Shown: positions 39,039 through 49,284, numbered from the stretch's first letter. The stretch is 64,000 nucleotides of DNA from Armatimonadota bacterium (GCA_037444405.1 JBBIML010000009.1:1-64000); one strand, 5' to 3'. The notes: generated by a model from the sequence alone, not told the origin. Program-made: numbers and translations.

Positions 39039-41923
39039 GGGCGCGCCTCCGTGTGCGGGATGAGCGTCAGAATCCCGATCAGGTCGGGTGGGTTCTGGGA
39101 TTCCAGCTGGAGTTGCTGGTGGCTTTGCAGGAGCGTCTGGCGCAGGCGGCGATGGCTTTCCGTGAGGGTGTGCAGGCGTTGCTGGATGTGGGTCTGGTAG
39201 TGGGCGCGCGCCGTCCCGTTGCGCCAGAGTTCGAGGGCGTGCTGGAGCCAGCGGATTTTGGCGTCGCGCTCGAGGTTCGTGCTGGGCGTCGCCTTCTCGA
39301 ACAGCGCAAGCGCCTGCTCGTGTCCCATCGCATGAGAGGGGTCATCGAGGTCGACGGCGAGCAGGCGGCACTCTTCGGCGAGCTGGGGCGCACGGTTCGG
39401 CTGGTGGAGCAGATAGCGCTGGCGGAGCAGATAGAGCGCCGTCGGGCGCGCGACCGCATCGGTGGCAATCGCGCCGCAACGACTGACGAGAGCGTTTGAA
39501 GCCGCGCCGAAGCTCAGTTCGAACAGGTAGTGCGCGAGCGTCTGCACAAACGGGTGGTTGCGCCCCAGATAGATGGCGCCTTCGGGCGTGGGCGAGACGA
39601 AGCTGAAGTACCAGCGTTTCTGTCCGCGCGGCAGCGTGGGCAGTGCATTCCGGATGACGGCGGGCAGATTCGGCGTGGCGTCTATTAGGCTCGCCTCCAG
39701 AATCCAGCGGTCGGGCACGCGCGGGTCGGGCTTGAGCGGGATAACCAGCCGCTTGAGCGTTTCGGTCACGAAGTGTTGCACGAGGTTCGGGTCGCCCAGC
39801 ACCTGATCCACGGCGTCCAGCTCGTCCTTAATCTGGTCGGGCTTGAGGGCGCGCTGGGCGAAGCGGGTACGGTTCGTGCGTTCGCGCTCGGCGTCGCGTT
39901 GCATCTGCAGGGTGAGGCGCTGCACAGCAGGCGCGTCGAGTTCGAGGGTCAGCTGTGGGCTGGGGCGCCGTGAGAGGAACATGGCGTTCACCAGCGCCTC
40001 AATCAGCGTCTCGCTCTCTTCGGGCACGGGCACAGAGGTGCCCAGCGTTTTGCGGATTTCGTGCGCCTTTTCCAGCAGCACGCGAATCACCACGCCGTCG
40101 ACGGGGTTATCGGGGCTATAGTAGCGGTAGGTGCGCACGGTGGGCGACTGCTGACCGAACCGATCGACGCGCCCTTCGCGCTGTTCCAGTTTGTTTGGGT
40201 TCCAGGGCAGGTCGTAGTGGATAACGGCGTTGAATTTGGACTGGAGGTTGATTCCTTCTGCGAGGCAGTCGGTGGCGACCAGCACGCGGGGGGCGTCGGC
40301 GCTGAGGGCATCCACCTGCATGCGGCGTTCTTCATCGCTCTGGCGTCCGGTAAGGCACACGATTTGGAGTTCGGGGAATTCGGGGGTCAGCGCCTCACGC
40401 AGGCAGCAGGCGACATATTCGGCAGTCGTGATGAACCGACACCAGACGATGGGCATAAAGTTCTTTCGCAGCAGGTCTTGCACAAGCTGGATACAGCCTT
40501 CCACTTTGGTGTCGGCGCGCTGTTCCAGTATCTGGCGTGCGATTCGGGCGATGTCGCGCAGGCGGTTCTGTTCGCTCTGGGAGAGTTCCGCCATCTCCAG
40601 GGCGATGGAGGGCGCCTCGTCTTCGGACAGGCGCAGGCTGGGGTCTTCCACATAATCGCGTGTGAGTTCGTCGGTTTCTTCTGTGCCCAGCAGGTTCTGG
40701 AGTTCCTGGAGGGCGTTGCGTCGGTTCTGGATGGCTTGCAGGGCGGCTTCGGGGCTGGACATCACACTGCGTAGCAGGGCGAGCGCCGCCCAGTAGCGCG
40801 CCCGCTGAGAACGCTCAGAGGGCAGCTGCCCACTCGCGGGCAACATCTGCAAGCAGTAGTCATAGGTCTCGACGAACAGTTTGCGGGCGAGCGGCGAGAG
40901 GCGGTAGGTCGCGTCGATCACTTCGCGTTTGGGAAAGCATGCCTGAGCGCCCCAATCTTTTTCGATGTCGCCGCGCGTGCGCAACACGAAGTGGCGGGCG
41001 AGCTGGTCGCGTTGCGCTTCCGTAAGCGCGCTGAAGGTCCAGTTCGCGAACTGTGGGTTGAGCAGCGTTAGGAGTTTCTGAAACGCATCGGGGATACCGC
41101 TATGCGGGGTGGCGGTCAGCAGAATCAGGTGGCGCTGGGGGTTCTGTGCCAGTTTGCTCACCAGTTCATAGCGCTGCTGCGCGGGCGTGCTGGCAGGAAC
41201 CGCGTTATGCACCTCGTCCACAATCACCAGCTCGGGACACATCTGCAGGAACAGGTGGCGGTGGCGTTCGGATTTGACCCAGTCGATGCTGATGACCAGC
41301 ATACGGTAGTATTCGTAGAGGTGGATGCTATCGGGCTTGGCGCGTTCGAGCTGGGCGAGCGTGCTGGAGTTGACGACCACGGCGGGCAGGTTGAACTTTT
41401 CGGACAGTTCGCGCTGCCACTGGTCGCACAGGTAGGGCGGGCACAGCACGGCGAGGCGTTCAATCTCGCCGCGATCCCACAACTCGCGGGCGATCAGCCC
41501 TGCCTCGATGGTCTTGCCGACGCCCACATCGTCGGCGATGAGCAGGCGGATGGGGTTCTGGCGGAGCGCCATCAGCAGCGGCACGAGCTAGTACAGATGG
41601 GGGCGGATGGAGATGCGTCCCATCGAGCGCAGGGGCGCTGCGCCCTCGCGCAACAGCAGACGCGCCGCATGCCACAGCAGTTGCACGCTCGTAGCGTCGC
41701 TCACGCGTTGGACATCGGGGTCTGGAAACATCGACGGCTCCACCCGCTCAAACGGCAGCGTGTAGCCAATCCGCTGGCTTAGACGCTTATCGACCTCGAC
41801 GGGTTCTTCGCCCATGCCCGTGAGCGGGCGCAGCCGATAGGTTTCTGAATCGTTGCTGGGCAGCAGCACCCATTCCCTGTTGCGAAAGCGCACAATCCCG
41901 CCAACCTGCAGATCTGCCTGCAT
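39035..41923 (-). pseudogene. SNF2-family helicase (DrmD-like) interrupted by an in-frame TAG at 41588-41590
   Basis: ISIRPHLY*LVPLLMAL reads through into ADDVGVGKT, DEVH, TATPH, EGINLQ and QREGRVDR; AGGAGG RBS before the ATG at 41923. Confidence 0.85.
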
Positions 41924-42084
41924 CGCGCTTGCCCTCCTGCAATCGCTCATCACCGATAGGGTGTATTGCCCTCCGCGCCTTTTGCTAATCGGGTAAAGGC
42001 ATCGACCCTGTTCACAGCGCCGAGCAAGATACCCCTTTCATTATCGGCTTCGGACGCTAAAGTCAAGTCCCTATTGCGCACCCT

Positions 42085-42135
42085 ATTATACCCCTTAGAT
42101 TCGCCGTGCGATCGTTTGCTCCTGTGTGCTACACT
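42085..42135. promoter_or_regulatory. Divergent promoter region: minus-strand TATAAT and ACAGGA-N16-CGAAT for the island; plus-strand TGCTACACT for the trm1-like gene
   Basis: ATTATA at 42085-42090; TTCG...TCCTGT at 42100-42125; TACACT at 42130-42135. Confidence 0.5.
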
Positions 42136-42146
42136 TTATGTTCGCG

Positions 42147-43250
42147 ATGGCGGTGGAGGTTTATCGGGAAGGGGCAGTGGAGTTTCGGTTGCCGCGCGAG
42201 AAGCGGCTGTTTTACAACCCGCGGGCGCGGCTGGGTCGCGATCTGGGCGTGCTGGCGATGCGGGCGGAGGCGGAACGGCTGGAGCGCCCGCTGGAGGTGC
42301 TGGAGCTGATGGCGGGCGCGGGACTGCGCACGCGCCGCTACCTTGCCGAGGCGCCCGTCGCCCACATCGTCGCCAACGACGCCAACTACGACGCCTTCGC
42401 CGTCCTCCAGCAAGCCCTGCAGGGCGAGCCGCGCGCTGAACTGCATAACGAGTTAGCCCAGCGACTGCTCGCCCGATTCTATCTGGAAGACCGCCGATTC
42501 GACTGGATCGACCTTGACCCGTTCGGCTCGCCCGCGCCGTTTGTGGCGTGGACAACGGGCGTCATTCGCTGGGAGGGGCTGCTCTATGTGACGGCGACCG
42601 ACGCACCCGTGCTGTGCGGCGCCCAGCGCGGCGAGGCGATGAAGTCATACGACGCCGTGTCCGCTCTGGGGCGCGAGTGCCACGAGTTCGGGCTGCGAAT
42701 CCTGGTGGGCTTCCTGCAGCGGCGGCTGGTGCAGGCGAATATGCATGGCGTTCCCCTGTTCAGCCTGTTCGATGGCTACTGCTGGCGCGTGCTGATGCGC
42801 GTCTTCAAGGGCACCCGCGCGTTCAACGCCGAACATCTGGGCTTTATCGCGCAGATGCCCGACGGCGAGTATCGGGTGGCGCACGCAGGCGTGCCCGCAC
42901 CCGTGATTCACGAGTATGACCCATCGCAGACGGTGCGCTGGATCGGTCCCCTCTGGCTGAGCTCCCTGCACGACCACGCTTTTCTGGGCGCGATGTTCCG
43001 CCAGGCGCATAAGGAGCATTTCGCGGACGCCCGCCGCATGCTGACCAAACTCAATCGGGAGCTGGACGAGTTGCCGATTGTGTATAGCCTGCCCGCGCTG
43101 GCGGATAAGTTAGACCGTTCGGTGCCGCCGACGCGCGAGGCGGTTCGATTTTTGCGCGAGCAGGGCTACCGCGCCTCGCCCGTGCATCACTCCGGCAACT
43201 CCATCCGCACCGACGCGCCTCTATCGGTGGTGCTGCGCCTGTGGGAGTAA
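42147..43250 (+). CDS. Trm1-like tRNA (guanine-N2) methyltransferase
   Basis: FYNPRARLGRD, MAGAGLRTRRY, NDAN, DLDPFGSP, TATD, EFGLRIL, GPLWL and RTDAP motifs. Confidence 0.85.
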   Translation: MAVEVYREGAVEFRLPREKRLFYNPRARLGRDLGVLAMRAEAERLERPLEVLELMAGAGLRTRRYLAEAPVAHIVANDANYDAFAVLQQALQGEPRAELHNELAQRLLARFYLEDRRFDWIDLDPFGSPAPFVAWTTGVIRWEGLLYVTATDAPVLCGAQRGEAMKSYDAVSALGRECHEFGLRILVGFLQRRLVQANMHGVPLFSLFDGYCWRVLMRVFKGTRAFNAEHLGFIAQMPDGEYRVAHAGVPAPVIHEYDPSQTVRWIGPLWLSSLHDHAFLGAMFRQAHKEHFADARRMLTKLNRELDELPIVYSLPALADKLDRSVPPTREAVRFLREQGYRASPVHHSGNSIRTDAPLSVVLRLWE

Positions 43251-43264
43251 GGTGAGCAATCTTC

Positions 43265-43287
43265 TGGGGCGGGGACGCCCCAGCCAC
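43265..43287. repeat. REP-like or terminator hairpin between convergent genes
   Basis: CTGGGGCG-GGGA-CGCCCCAG. Confidence 0.45.
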
Positions 43288-43297
43288 GCGAAGCCCA

Positions 43298-44539
43298 TCA
43301 CTCACTCAGATGAGCGGGTTCCTGAACGGTTTCCAGCGGTGGCAGGGTGAGGCGGTCGCGCAGGTTGTCCACCGCATGCTGCCACGGGCGCACTTCGTCG
43401 TCCGTCGCGCCGTACAGAATGATGCGGTCGATGAAGGCGTTCTCCTGCAACAGGAAGTCGCTGATGGCATCGATGACGGTCTGGGCGAAGGCATCGCGTG
43501 CCAGACCATCTTCCCATGAGGGCGCGGGTATCAGCAGGGTGCGCATCGCCTGCTCGTGCGCGAGTTGCATCGCGGCGGTGGTCGCCTGATGCAGGGTCTC
43601 GCGCTGCACGGGCGTCTCTTCATCGTGGATGGCAAGATGCACCACCCAGCGGATAGGCAGGTTGCCGCCGGGCGTGTAGGTGGCGCTTCCCGGCGGGATG
43701 GGCGCGACCTCCTTTATCTTTTCACACAGCGGCTTGCCCCCGAACCGGATGAGGGGCGCACCGAGCGACGAGATGGGCACGAACGCCGCGCCGCGCATCA
43801 GCAGCCCTATCGCGTTCAGTTGCGGGTCGGTGAAGTGCCACAGCCCATCGGCGGGGATGGACAGCCAGCCGGGTTTCTTACGCCACCAGCCAGTGGGGGG
43901 CGATTCCTCCACATGCAGCAGCGTATGACGCACGCGCAGCATATAGGGATACGGTTCGAAGCCTGCGTTGGCAATCCAGCCCAGTATCTGCCGATACGCC
44001 CAGGCGTTCGCTGGCTCGAAGCAGAGCAGGCGAAAACGGCGGATGCTCTCCGGGCGGTGGTGCGCTATCACTTCGGCGAGCGTCCATGCGGTCTCTTCGG
44101 CGAAGGCGCGGCGCAGGTCGGGCGTGTAGTCGGCGATGGCGACGGTACGGGCATTGAGTTCGGCGGCTTTTTCGAGCGCGGCGGTCAGCGCATTCCGCTG
44201 CAGCTCGGCGGAGGTGGTCTGCTGCTCGTCAAAGATGTTCACATGCAGGATGTTTTTGAAGCGGGTGCGTCCGCCGCTGGTGCTGGCGACCCCTTTTGGG
44301 GGCAGGGGCGCCAGGCGCACCGCTTCGTCCTCCACCAGATTGAACGCCGCCAGGTCGCACACCCACTTGCGGACGCCCTTCACCATACGGAGCGTCTGGT
44401 CAGCGGCTAAGATCAGCGCGTCGGCGGGCAGACGGTGCAGGCTGGTGTGCGCAAAGGCGTATAGTTCGACCGTCGCGCCGCCAATCTCATAGCGGGCAAT
44501 CGGCGCCATCCGTGTCAGCCATGGATGTTGCTGCTGCAT
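43298..44539 (-). CDS. Tandem macro-domain-like protein
   Basis: Two repeats resembling macro domains (DALILAAD...TSGG...NILH; GSATYTPGGNLPIRWVVH); RBS before the ATG at 44539. Confidence 0.65.
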   Translation of the reverse strand: MQQQHPWLTRMAPIARYEIGGATVELYAFAHTSLHRLPADALILAADQTLRMVKGVRKWVCDLAAFNLVEDEAVRLAPLPPKGVASTSGGRTRFKNILHVNIFDEQQTTSAELQRNALTAALEKAAELNARTVAIADYTPDLRRAFAEETAWTLAEVIAHHRPESIRRFRLLCFEPANAWAYRQILGWIANAGFEPYPYMLRVRHTLLHVEESPPTGWWRKKPGWLSIPADGLWHFTDPQLNAIGLLMRGAAFVPISSLGAPLIRFGGKPLCEKIKEVAPIPPGSATYTPGGNLPIRWVVHLAIHDEETPVQRETLHQATTAAMQLAHEQAMRTLLIPAPSWEDGLARDAFAQTVIDAISDFLLQENAFIDRIILYGATDDEVRPWQHAVDNLRDRLTLPPLETVQEPAHLSE

Positions 44540-44601
44540 CGTCCACACCTCCTCTTTTTGGAAGCGAGGCTTCCGCACTCCAGATGCTCCGCTTCCGTCG
44601 G

Positions 44602-45189
44602 TCATTCATCGGGTTGAATCTGGGCGGCGAGCAGCACGGCTTCGGCGACCTCCACGAGGCTTTTACCCGTGCTTTCGGCGGTCGCCTGCAGGCGTCGGAA
44701 CGCCTCTGGCTCCGAGAGACCGAGCTGCTGCATCAGCACGCGCTTCGCTCGCCCGATTTTACGCCGCGCCTGCATCTCCTGCTGCAGGTTCACCAGCTGC
44801 TGCTCAATTGCGCGCAGCTCGCGGAATCGGCTGATGGCAATCTGGATGGCGGGCGCAAGGTCCGCCTCGCGGAAGGGCTTGACCAGATAGGCAATCGCGC
44901 CTGCCTGATCCGCGCCCTCAATCATCGCCGGCTCGCTGTAGGCGGTCAGAATCAGCACGGGCGCTAACCGCTCTCTGGAAAGCTGTTTCGCCAGCTCGAT
45001 GCCGTCCATGCCGGGCATCATGATGTCGACGATGGCGAGATCGGGCTTGAGCGTGCGCGTCAGGTGGAGCGCGGTCTCGCCGTTATCGGCTTCGCCGACG
45101 ACCGTGTGCCCCATCGATTCGAGCATCGCCCGCAAATCCATGCGGATCACAGGTTCATCGTCCGCAATCAGAATCCGATAGCTGTTCAT
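44602..45189 (-). CDS. ANTAR-domain response regulator (PdtaR/NasT-like)
   Basis: Receiver domain (ADDE, DIMMP, TA, KP) plus RKIGRAKRVLM...EPEAFRRLQ ANTAR domain. Confidence 0.92.
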   Translation of the reverse strand: MNSYRILIADDEPVIRMDLRAMLESMGHTVVGEADNGETALHLTRTLKPDLAIVDIMMPGMDGIELAKQLSRERLAPVLILTAYSEPAMIEGADQAGAIAYLVKPFREADLAPAIQIAISRFRELRAIEQQLVNLQQEMQARRKIGRAKRVLMQQLGLSEPEAFRRLQATAESTGKSLVEVAEAVLLAAQIQPDE

Positions 45190-46268
45190 TCGCTGAAAAT
45201 CACCTCCAGCTGCTGGGACGGCAGCAGTTCGCGCAGGCGTTCGGCAAGGACACGGGTGCCGGGCAGCTCGGTCTCGCGATGCCCCGCTTCGATCAGCACG
45301 ATGTCGTGCGCCCATGCCTCCCATGTGTGGTGGTGGCGCACCTCGCCCGTGAGCAGGGCATCGGCGTGCGCAGCGCGTGCCGCTGGCAGGTAGTCGCCAC
45401 CGGAGCCGCCGACCACCATCAGCGTGCGCACAATCGCGCCCGGCTTGCCATAGAGCCGCACATGCGGGTTGCCGAGCCGTTCGGCAGCGTAGGTGCGTAA
45501 CTCTTCCGCTCGCATCGGGCGCGGCAACCGCCCCACGCGCCCCAGCGGGTAGGGCTGCGGGGTGTGCAGAGGATAGACATCGTAGGCGACCTCCTCATAC
45601 GGATGCGCCTGTAGCATCGCCTGAATGACCGCCTGCAGCCGATGGGACGGCACCAGCACCTCCAGGCGCATCTCCTGAATATGCTCGCGTCGCCCGACCG
45701 CGCCCTGATAGGGGTTCGCGCCCGGTTGCGGCTCGTAGGTGCCCGTGCCAGGCTGATAGAAGGCGCAGCGCCGGTAGAGTCCGATTTCGCCTGCGCCCGC
45801 TGCCGCCATCCGATCCAGCACCGCATCTAAATGTTCGGGCGGTACGAAGGTGACGAGCTTGAACTGTTGCACTTCGGCGCCATCGCCGGCAGGGCGCACC
45901 TCTTCCAGACCCAGCTGCACAGCGAGCGCGTCGTTGATGCCGCCTGACGCACAGTCCCAGTTCGTATGCACGGCGATATGCGCCATCCGTGCGGCGCAGA
46001 GCTGCTGCAGCGCGCTACCGACCGGCTGATCGTAGCGCACCGCGCTCAGCGGGCGATAGATCAGTGGATGATGCGTGATGAGCAACTGGCAGTTATGATA
46101 GACGGCTTTGGTGACGGTGCGCGGGTCGGCATCCAGCGCGACCATCAGCCGCTCGACCTCCAGCTCGGGCGAACCGACCTGCAAGCCTGTCGGGTCGCCG
46201 GGCAACGCGAGCGCCGACGGCGCTATCTGCTCAATCGCGTTCAGCACATCCCGCACCCGTATCGCCAT
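45186..46268 (-). CDS. Nif3-like dinuclear metal protein (YqfO type with PII-like insert)
   Basis: GLQVG, THHP, HTNWD, HPYEEVAYD and AGHRETE motifs. Confidence 0.93.
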   Translation of the reverse strand: MAIRVRDVLNAIEQIAPSALALPGDPTGLQVGSPELEVERLMVALDADPRTVTKAVYHNCQLLITHHPLIYRPLSAVRYDQPVGSALQQLCAARMAHIAVHTNWDCASGGINDALAVQLGLEEVRPAGDGAEVQQFKLVTFVPPEHLDAVLDRMAAAGAGEIGLYRRCAFYQPGTGTYEPQPGANPYQGAVGRREHIQEMRLEVLVPSHRLQAVIQAMLQAHPYEEVAYDVYPLHTPQPYPLGRVGRLPRPMRAEELRTYAAERLGNPHVRLYGKPGAIVRTLMVVGGSGGDYLPAARAAHADALLTGEVRHHHTWEAWAHDIVLIEAGHRETELPGTRVLAERLRELLPSQQLEVIFSE

Positions 46269-46327
46269 CCCGCAGAGATTTTACCTGTCCGCCGCGCCAG
46301 CAGGTATACTCTGTGCGGTGATGCCCG

Positions 46328-46888
46328 ATGAGTAAAGCCGCTGCCACAAAGCCGAAACGGGGGCGCAAACTTACCGAGGAGCAGTTCCTGCGCCTGCCCG
46401 ACGATGGACGCAAGTACGAACTGGTCGACAAGGAGGCAAAGGAAGTGCCCGCAGGGCACGAACACGATGTGATTGGAGCAGGATTGATTGCACGATTGGT
46501 GCCTGTTGCGAAGGAACGCGGCTATGTGGCAGGTTCACAGGCGGGTTTCCGCATGACCAACGGCAACATTCGCAGCCCCGATGTCGCCTTCACCCTCAAG
46601 GAGCGACTGCCCGACGGCAAACCCTCTAAAGGCTTTGAAACGGGCGCGCCCGACCTCGCGATTGAGATTGTCTCACCGAATGAGGACATTGCCGATCTGT
46701 TGCGCAAGATAGGGGAGTATTTTGCGTCGGGGGCGCAGCAGGTGTGGTTGCTGTTTCCGGAGACGCGCACGGTGAAGGTGTATAGTTCGCCGTTTGATGT
46801 GCGCACGCTGGTGGGGGACGACGAGTTGACGGGTGGTGACCTGTTGCCCGATTTTCGGTGCAAAGTGCAGGAGCTGTTTGAGGTCTGA
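46328..46888 (+). CDS. Uma2 (DUF820) family endonuclease-like protein
   Basis: YELVD, RSPDVAF, APDLAIEIVSP, EYFASG...WL, LLPDF. Confidence 0.92.
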   Translation: MSKAAATKPKRGRKLTEEQFLRLPDDGRKYELVDKEAKEVPAGHEHDVIGAGLIARLVPVAKERGYVAGSQAGFRMTNGNIRSPDVAFTLKERLPDGKPSKGFETGAPDLAIEIVSPNEDIADLLRKIGEYFASGAQQVWLLFPETRTVKVYSSPFDVRTLVGDDELTGGDLLPDFRCKVQELFEV

Positions 46889-46909
46889 ATCATATCCAAG
46901 TTGAAGCAA

Positions 46910-47356
46910 TCAGTTGTTAAATAGTCTTTTTATAAGGATAGGGACAGCGAAAAAGCATAATAAAAAGAAATATGAACAAATAAAGATATAGTGAAGGATA
47001 AACCACTCTCTGCTTTCAAAACCAAAATTCAAAAATTTGTAGTAAAACCATCCAGATATAAAGATGAACAAAATCAAAACAACTGTTCTTAATTTTAAAT
47101 CTATTGATTTTATTATATAAGCAATAAAAATTCCCCAGATAAGCCAGAAGAGCCAATCGAAGAGGTTGCGGCTGGAATAAATCGAAGCCCATAGAAGAAC
47201 CTCAAACTCATCTTCAGGGTGTGCATAGCCTGGTCTTCTTGGCGTCAGAAGATATGCTATAGAGCCAACTATAAACGAAGGAATGAAGACTGTTAATTTT
47301 GCTAAAGCAATACCAATCACAGTTCGCAAATAGTAGTTGTTAAAACTTATTTTCAT
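46910..47356 (-). CDS. AT-rich small integral membrane protein
   Basis: About 4 hydrophobic segments; very low GC; RBS overlaps the upstream stop. Confidence 0.65.
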   Translation of the reverse strand: MKISFNNYYLRTVIGIALAKLTVFIPSFIVGSIAYLLTPRRPGYAHPEDEFEVLLWASIYSSRNLFDWLFWLIWGIFIAYIIKSIDLKLRTVVLILFIFISGWFYYKFLNFGFESREWFILHYIFICSYFFLLCFFAVPILIKRLFNN

Positions 47357-47365
47357 CTGCATCCC

Positions 47366-48046
47366 TCACTCATCTTGAAATCGTCCACAACCACAATAGC
47401 CAAATCCAAGCTGTTCGGGGCATGGCGCATCCGTAACATATTGCCAATATGAGCGGTAGCCTCTTTCTCCGCATTGAGTTATGGGAACACCCTGTGGAAC
47501 ACGCTGCACAGAGCCATCCTTACGCAAACGCAGGATTAAACCGCCATCGTACCATGTTTCAGCGTCTACGGTCTCACTGAAGGTCCCCAGCTTGTCACCG
47601 TGCAGCAAGCAATAAGCAACTCCATGATTTGGATCTCGCTCTTCGAGCAGCCTCCTAAAAGCAAGGCACTGACGATACAAAGGCTGACGAGGATAGCATA
47701 CAGGATGGAGAATATAGTGAAAACTAATTGCAAATCCTGCCATTCTCGACTCATCTAGATTTCCACCTCGTGTTTTTGAGGATGACGCCCATGGATCTAA
47801 GGGGCACACAAAAACATCTTTCGACTTTGCATAGGAAGAATACCTGTGTAATCTTGGAGCCAGTTCTTGATAATCTGAAAGATAGAGATTAATAGATGAA
47901 CCAATTTGATGGAGATTGCTTATGCAAGAAGCTTCAAGCGAGCGCTTGCGTGCTGCATTCAATACAGGTAGCAGTAATCCTAATATTAAAACGATAATTA
48001 CCACTACAATCAACAACTCCAGCAGAGTAATTCCCTTACCGCGCAT
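47366..48046 (-). CDS. Prepilin-type N-terminal cleavage/methylation protein
   Basis: KG|ITLLELLIVVVII, CISNLHQI, FVCPLD; Cys-rich C-terminus; GGAGGAG RBS. Confidence 0.85.
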   Translation of the reverse strand: MRGKGITLLELLIVVVIIVLILGLLLPVLNAARKRSLEASCISNLHQIGSSINLYLSDYQELAPRLHRYSSYAKSKDVFVCPLDPWASSSKTRGGNLDESRMAGFAISFHYILHPVCYPRQPLYRQCLAFRRLLEERDPNHGVAYCLLHGDKLGTFSETVDAETWYDGGLILRLRKDGSVQRVPQGVPITQCGERGYRSYWQYVTDAPCPEQLGFGYCGCGRFQDE

Positions 48047-48092
48047 TTTTTTCTCCTCCATAGTAATTTAGCTGTAAATCTCGTATTATATT

Positions 48093-48752
48093 TTAATAGC
48101 AGTTTTCGGAGCATATCTCGGTTGGACACGGCACATCTGTAAACAGATTCCAGCGATCGCGTATGGCACTGGAAGTGTTATCGGCTGGATCAATACAGGG
48201 GCGCAGGTAGGTGTGCGCGCGCTGAATGGAACCATCCATACGTGTGCGTAAAGTAAGCCCCTCACAACAGGTTTCTACTGAAGGCGGGATCGAATACCGA
48301 CATCCAGAACGACAAGTACCATGTAACAAGCAAGCCAGCAATCCATGATTTGAGTCTCTCTGAGGCATGAGTTCAATTAATTTTTCATATCTGCCTACAG
48401 GATCAGCGAAATAGAAGTAGCTGAGACTGATTGAATGCTCTCGGGCATACAGATTGCCGCCTCCAAACCAGTTGACTCCACCAAATTCCCTTGCATGATC
48501 GTAAGGGCAAAGGAAGACTTCACGATTTCTGATGTATGGATAGGTATACTGGGCAAAAGGTGGAAAATCACCATGATCTTGGCGATACATTAGAAGCGCA
48601 CTGACTATCTGCCTCATATTGCTAATGCATTGTGTTTCATGTGCTTTATGACGTGAAGCAACAATCACTGGCATCAATAATGCTGCCAATAAGGCGATGA
48701 TGAGTATAACAACCAGAATCTCTATCAGGCTGATTCCATCAATTCTTCTCAT
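48093..48752 (-). CDS. Prepilin-type protein, paralog of the downstream gene
   Basis: DG|ISLIEILVVILII, CISNMRQI, FLCPYD, RDSNHG, CLLHG, DGSIQR and TDVPCP motifs. Confidence 0.85.
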   Translation of the reverse strand: MRRIDGISLIEILVVILIIALLAALLMPVIVASRHKAHETQCISNMRQIVSALLMYRQDHGDFPPFAQYTYPYIRNREVFLCPYDHAREFGGVNWFGGGNLYAREHSISLSYFYFADPVGRYEKLIELMPQRDSNHGLLACLLHGTCRSGCRYSIPPSVETCCEGLTLRTRMDGSIQRAHTYLRPCIDPADNTSSAIRDRWNLFTDVPCPTEICSENCY

Positions 48753-49272
48753 AATTGTCTCCCAAATAATTTCCAATATATTTTTTATAATTTTCAAATA
48801 ATTTGTATATTATGAACATTGAAAAACAAAAAGCAAAAGCATAAAAAATATTAAATAATACATTTAAGATAAGCAGATCGTGTGCTACATCGGGTTCAGA
48901 AGCAAATCGACGTGGGATTGTAGCTGTAGCAACTATTTTTCTGGAAAGAAAAATCAAGCCCGATGCTGCCATATAGAAATAGAAAACGACTTGAGAGGAA
49001 CTGGATGACTCTTGTCGGTTGTAGCCCCAGATAGCAGCTATCCCACCAAAAATCAGACACAAAATCACCTCGTAAGGGGAGACACTTATGGACAAACTCA
49101 GGTAATTCACAAAATTTATATAAAAATCGGAGATGCTATACTTGCGTAAGAAACTATAAAAGCCTGCAAGAAATGATACTATAATAAAGGTAAAAATAGA
49201 TGCTAAGATACCACCTGCTAAACCACACAGGGCATTGCTCAACCATTTACCGCGCAGTATCGTGGTTCGCAT
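48739..49272 (-). CDS. AT-rich integral membrane protein
   Basis: About 4 TM segments; GAGGTGG RBS before the ATG at 49272. Confidence 0.65.
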   Translation of the reverse strand: MRTTILRGKWLSNALCGLAGGILASIFTFIIVSFLAGFYSFLRKYSISDFYINFVNYLSLSISVSPYEVILCLIFGGIAAIWGYNRQESSSSSQVVFYFYMAASGLIFLSRKIVATATIPRRFASEPDVAHDLLILNVLFNIFYAFAFCFSMFIIYKLFENYKKYIGNYLGDNYEKN

Positions 49273-49284
49273 AAAGCCACCTCT

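Noticed and set aside
41588..41590. Genome-wide TAG recoding or pyrrolysine
   Set aside because: TAG terminates other genes normally in this window (ubiA-like, khpA, livK)
24546..41960. Integrative element targeting the tRNAs
   Set aside because: No integrase or transposase, and no duplicated tRNA 3' end seen; the liv operon separates the tRNAs from the island
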